Below, in pieces: positions 63,042 to 64,000 of a stretch of DNA of 64,000 nucleotides (positions within the stretch are counted from its first letter, which is position 1; the number at the start of each line of letters is the position of its first letter). The notes below the pieces were generated by a model that was not told the origin of the DNA, searched no databases, and saw nothing but the letters and a program-made list of their open reading frames with translations. The translations under genes were made by a program, and so were the position numbers. This DNA comes from an uncultured Gemmatimonadaceae bacterium (GTDB lineage: Bacteria > Gemmatimonadota > Gemmatimonadetes > Gemmatimonadales > Gemmatimonadaceae), in NCBI GenBank assembly GCA_963829055.1, contig CAWHHI010000006.1, positions 416,001-480,000 of the forward strand, given 5' to 3'.

Positions 63042-63716
63042 GTGAAGCCCCATGAACGCCTGGCCGAAGCGACGGCTCCCGATGGTACGCGCCTGACGCT
63101 GATCCGGCACGACGGCGCGTATCTCCTGCGTGCGAACGGTGCCGAGCTCATGTCCACTCGGCGATCGCATTCCGAGGTGGAACTGGCCGACGTCGCCTGT
63201 TCGCGCATCGCCGACCGCGGCGGCGCGCACGTGCTGATCGGCGGCCTGGGACTCGGCTTCACGCTCCGCGCCGCGCTACGGGTGCTCGGGCCGGACGCGC
63301 GGGTGACGGTCGCCGAGATCGTGCAGGCGGTGATCGACTGGAATCGCAACGCCGACTGGGGGCTGAGCGTCGACGCGTTAGGCGACCCACGCGTGACGGT
63401 GCGTCACGCGGACGTGCTGGACGTCCTGCGTGGCAGTGTCGCGGCGTTCGACGCGATCATGCTCGACGTGGACAATGGCGCCGAGGCGATGGTGACGGCG
63501 AAGAACAGCGCGCTGTACCGCGAGACGGGCATCCGCGCGGCGGTTGCCGCGTTGCGTCCAGGTGGGGTGCTCGCCTACTGGTCGGCCGTTGCGGATCCGC
63601 CGTTCGTGAAGGCGCTCAAAGGGTTCGGCCTAACGGTGACGACGCAGCGGAGTCGAGCGCATGGGTCGACCGGGCCCTACCATGAGATCATCGTCGCGAG
63701 GTTGTCGCGGGACTAG
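63042..63716 (+). CDS. Spermidine-synthase-like SAM-dependent methyltransferase
   Basis: NGAELMSTR, VLIGGLGLGFTL, FDAIMLDVDNG and LRPGGVLAYWS. Confidence 0.88.
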   Translation: MKPHERLAEATAPDGTRLTLIRHDGAYLLRANGAELMSTRRSHSEVELADVACSRIADRGGAHVLIGGLGLGFTLRAALRVLGPDARVTVAEIVQAVIDWNRNADWGLSVDALGDPRVTVRHADVLDVLRGSVAAFDAIMLDVDNGAEAMVTAKNSALYRETGIRAAVAALRPGGVLAYWSAVADPPFVKALKGFGLTVTTQRSRAHGSTGPYHEIIVARLSRD

Positions 63717-63727
63717 GCATCCGGCGG

Positions 63728-63880
63728 GGCATGGCCAGTACCAAGTGCGTCAGCGACTGCTCAGTAGGAGGTGTCAGGCATCAGGTCCCGTATCCGCCGG
63801 CTTGGGTCGCCCTTACCCGCAGTGCCCTGATGCCTGACACCTCCTACTGACGCGACTCAGTGCTGAGTACTGGCCATGCC
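63728..63880. repeat. Long nested inverted repeat (25-bp perfect inner stem, 14-bp outer stem)
   Basis: 63761-63785 is the reverse complement of 63826-63850, and 63728-63741 is the reverse complement of 63867-63880. Confidence 0.9.
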
Positions 63881-64000
63881 GCCGCGGCGTGGCCGATCGC
63901 CATCGGTCGGCGACCACCGAGCTCAGTCGCTCGTCACCAGCCGATCCCGTAGTCCTCTCCGTGGTTGCTCGAGCCGCCCCACATCGTACGGTGCTTTCGA

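Noticed and set aside
48..63635. Octamer as telomere-like repeat (TTAGGC) or Chi/KOPS site
   Set aside because: Copies are dispersed rather than tandem and nearly equal on both strands (27 versus 24), unlike strand-skewed Chi or KOPS.

Overview
High-GC (roughly 68-70% by eye) bacterial DNA. The gene repertoire suggests a Gemmatimonadota-like genome (inference): SusC/SusD, a DUF1592/DUF1552/ankyrin cluster, an ECF sigma factor next to a Ser/Thr kinase, and many secreted peptidases. About 50 mostly accessory genes are present. Many are split by 1-bp indels that cluster in patches and look like long-read consensus errors rather than true pseudogenes. I found no rRNA, tRNA, CRISPR array, integrase or transposase. 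The strongest unexplained signal is the non-palindromic octamer CGTTAGGC/GCCTAACG: I counted 51 exact copies by eye plus 14 single-flank variants, in both orientations, mostly written into genes through otherwise rare synonymous codons (TTA, CCT, CTA). Other notable items are a non-phage module of three tail-collar paralogs with a GNAT and DUF6916, two subfamilies of about 100-190 bp REP-like palindromic elements, several other orphan inverted and heptamer repeats, back-to-back ECF41-type promoters, an ECF42-type promoter before a YciI triplet, a leaderless marR with candidate operators, and three abruptly truncated genes (fdnG-like, an ECF sigma, a kinase).
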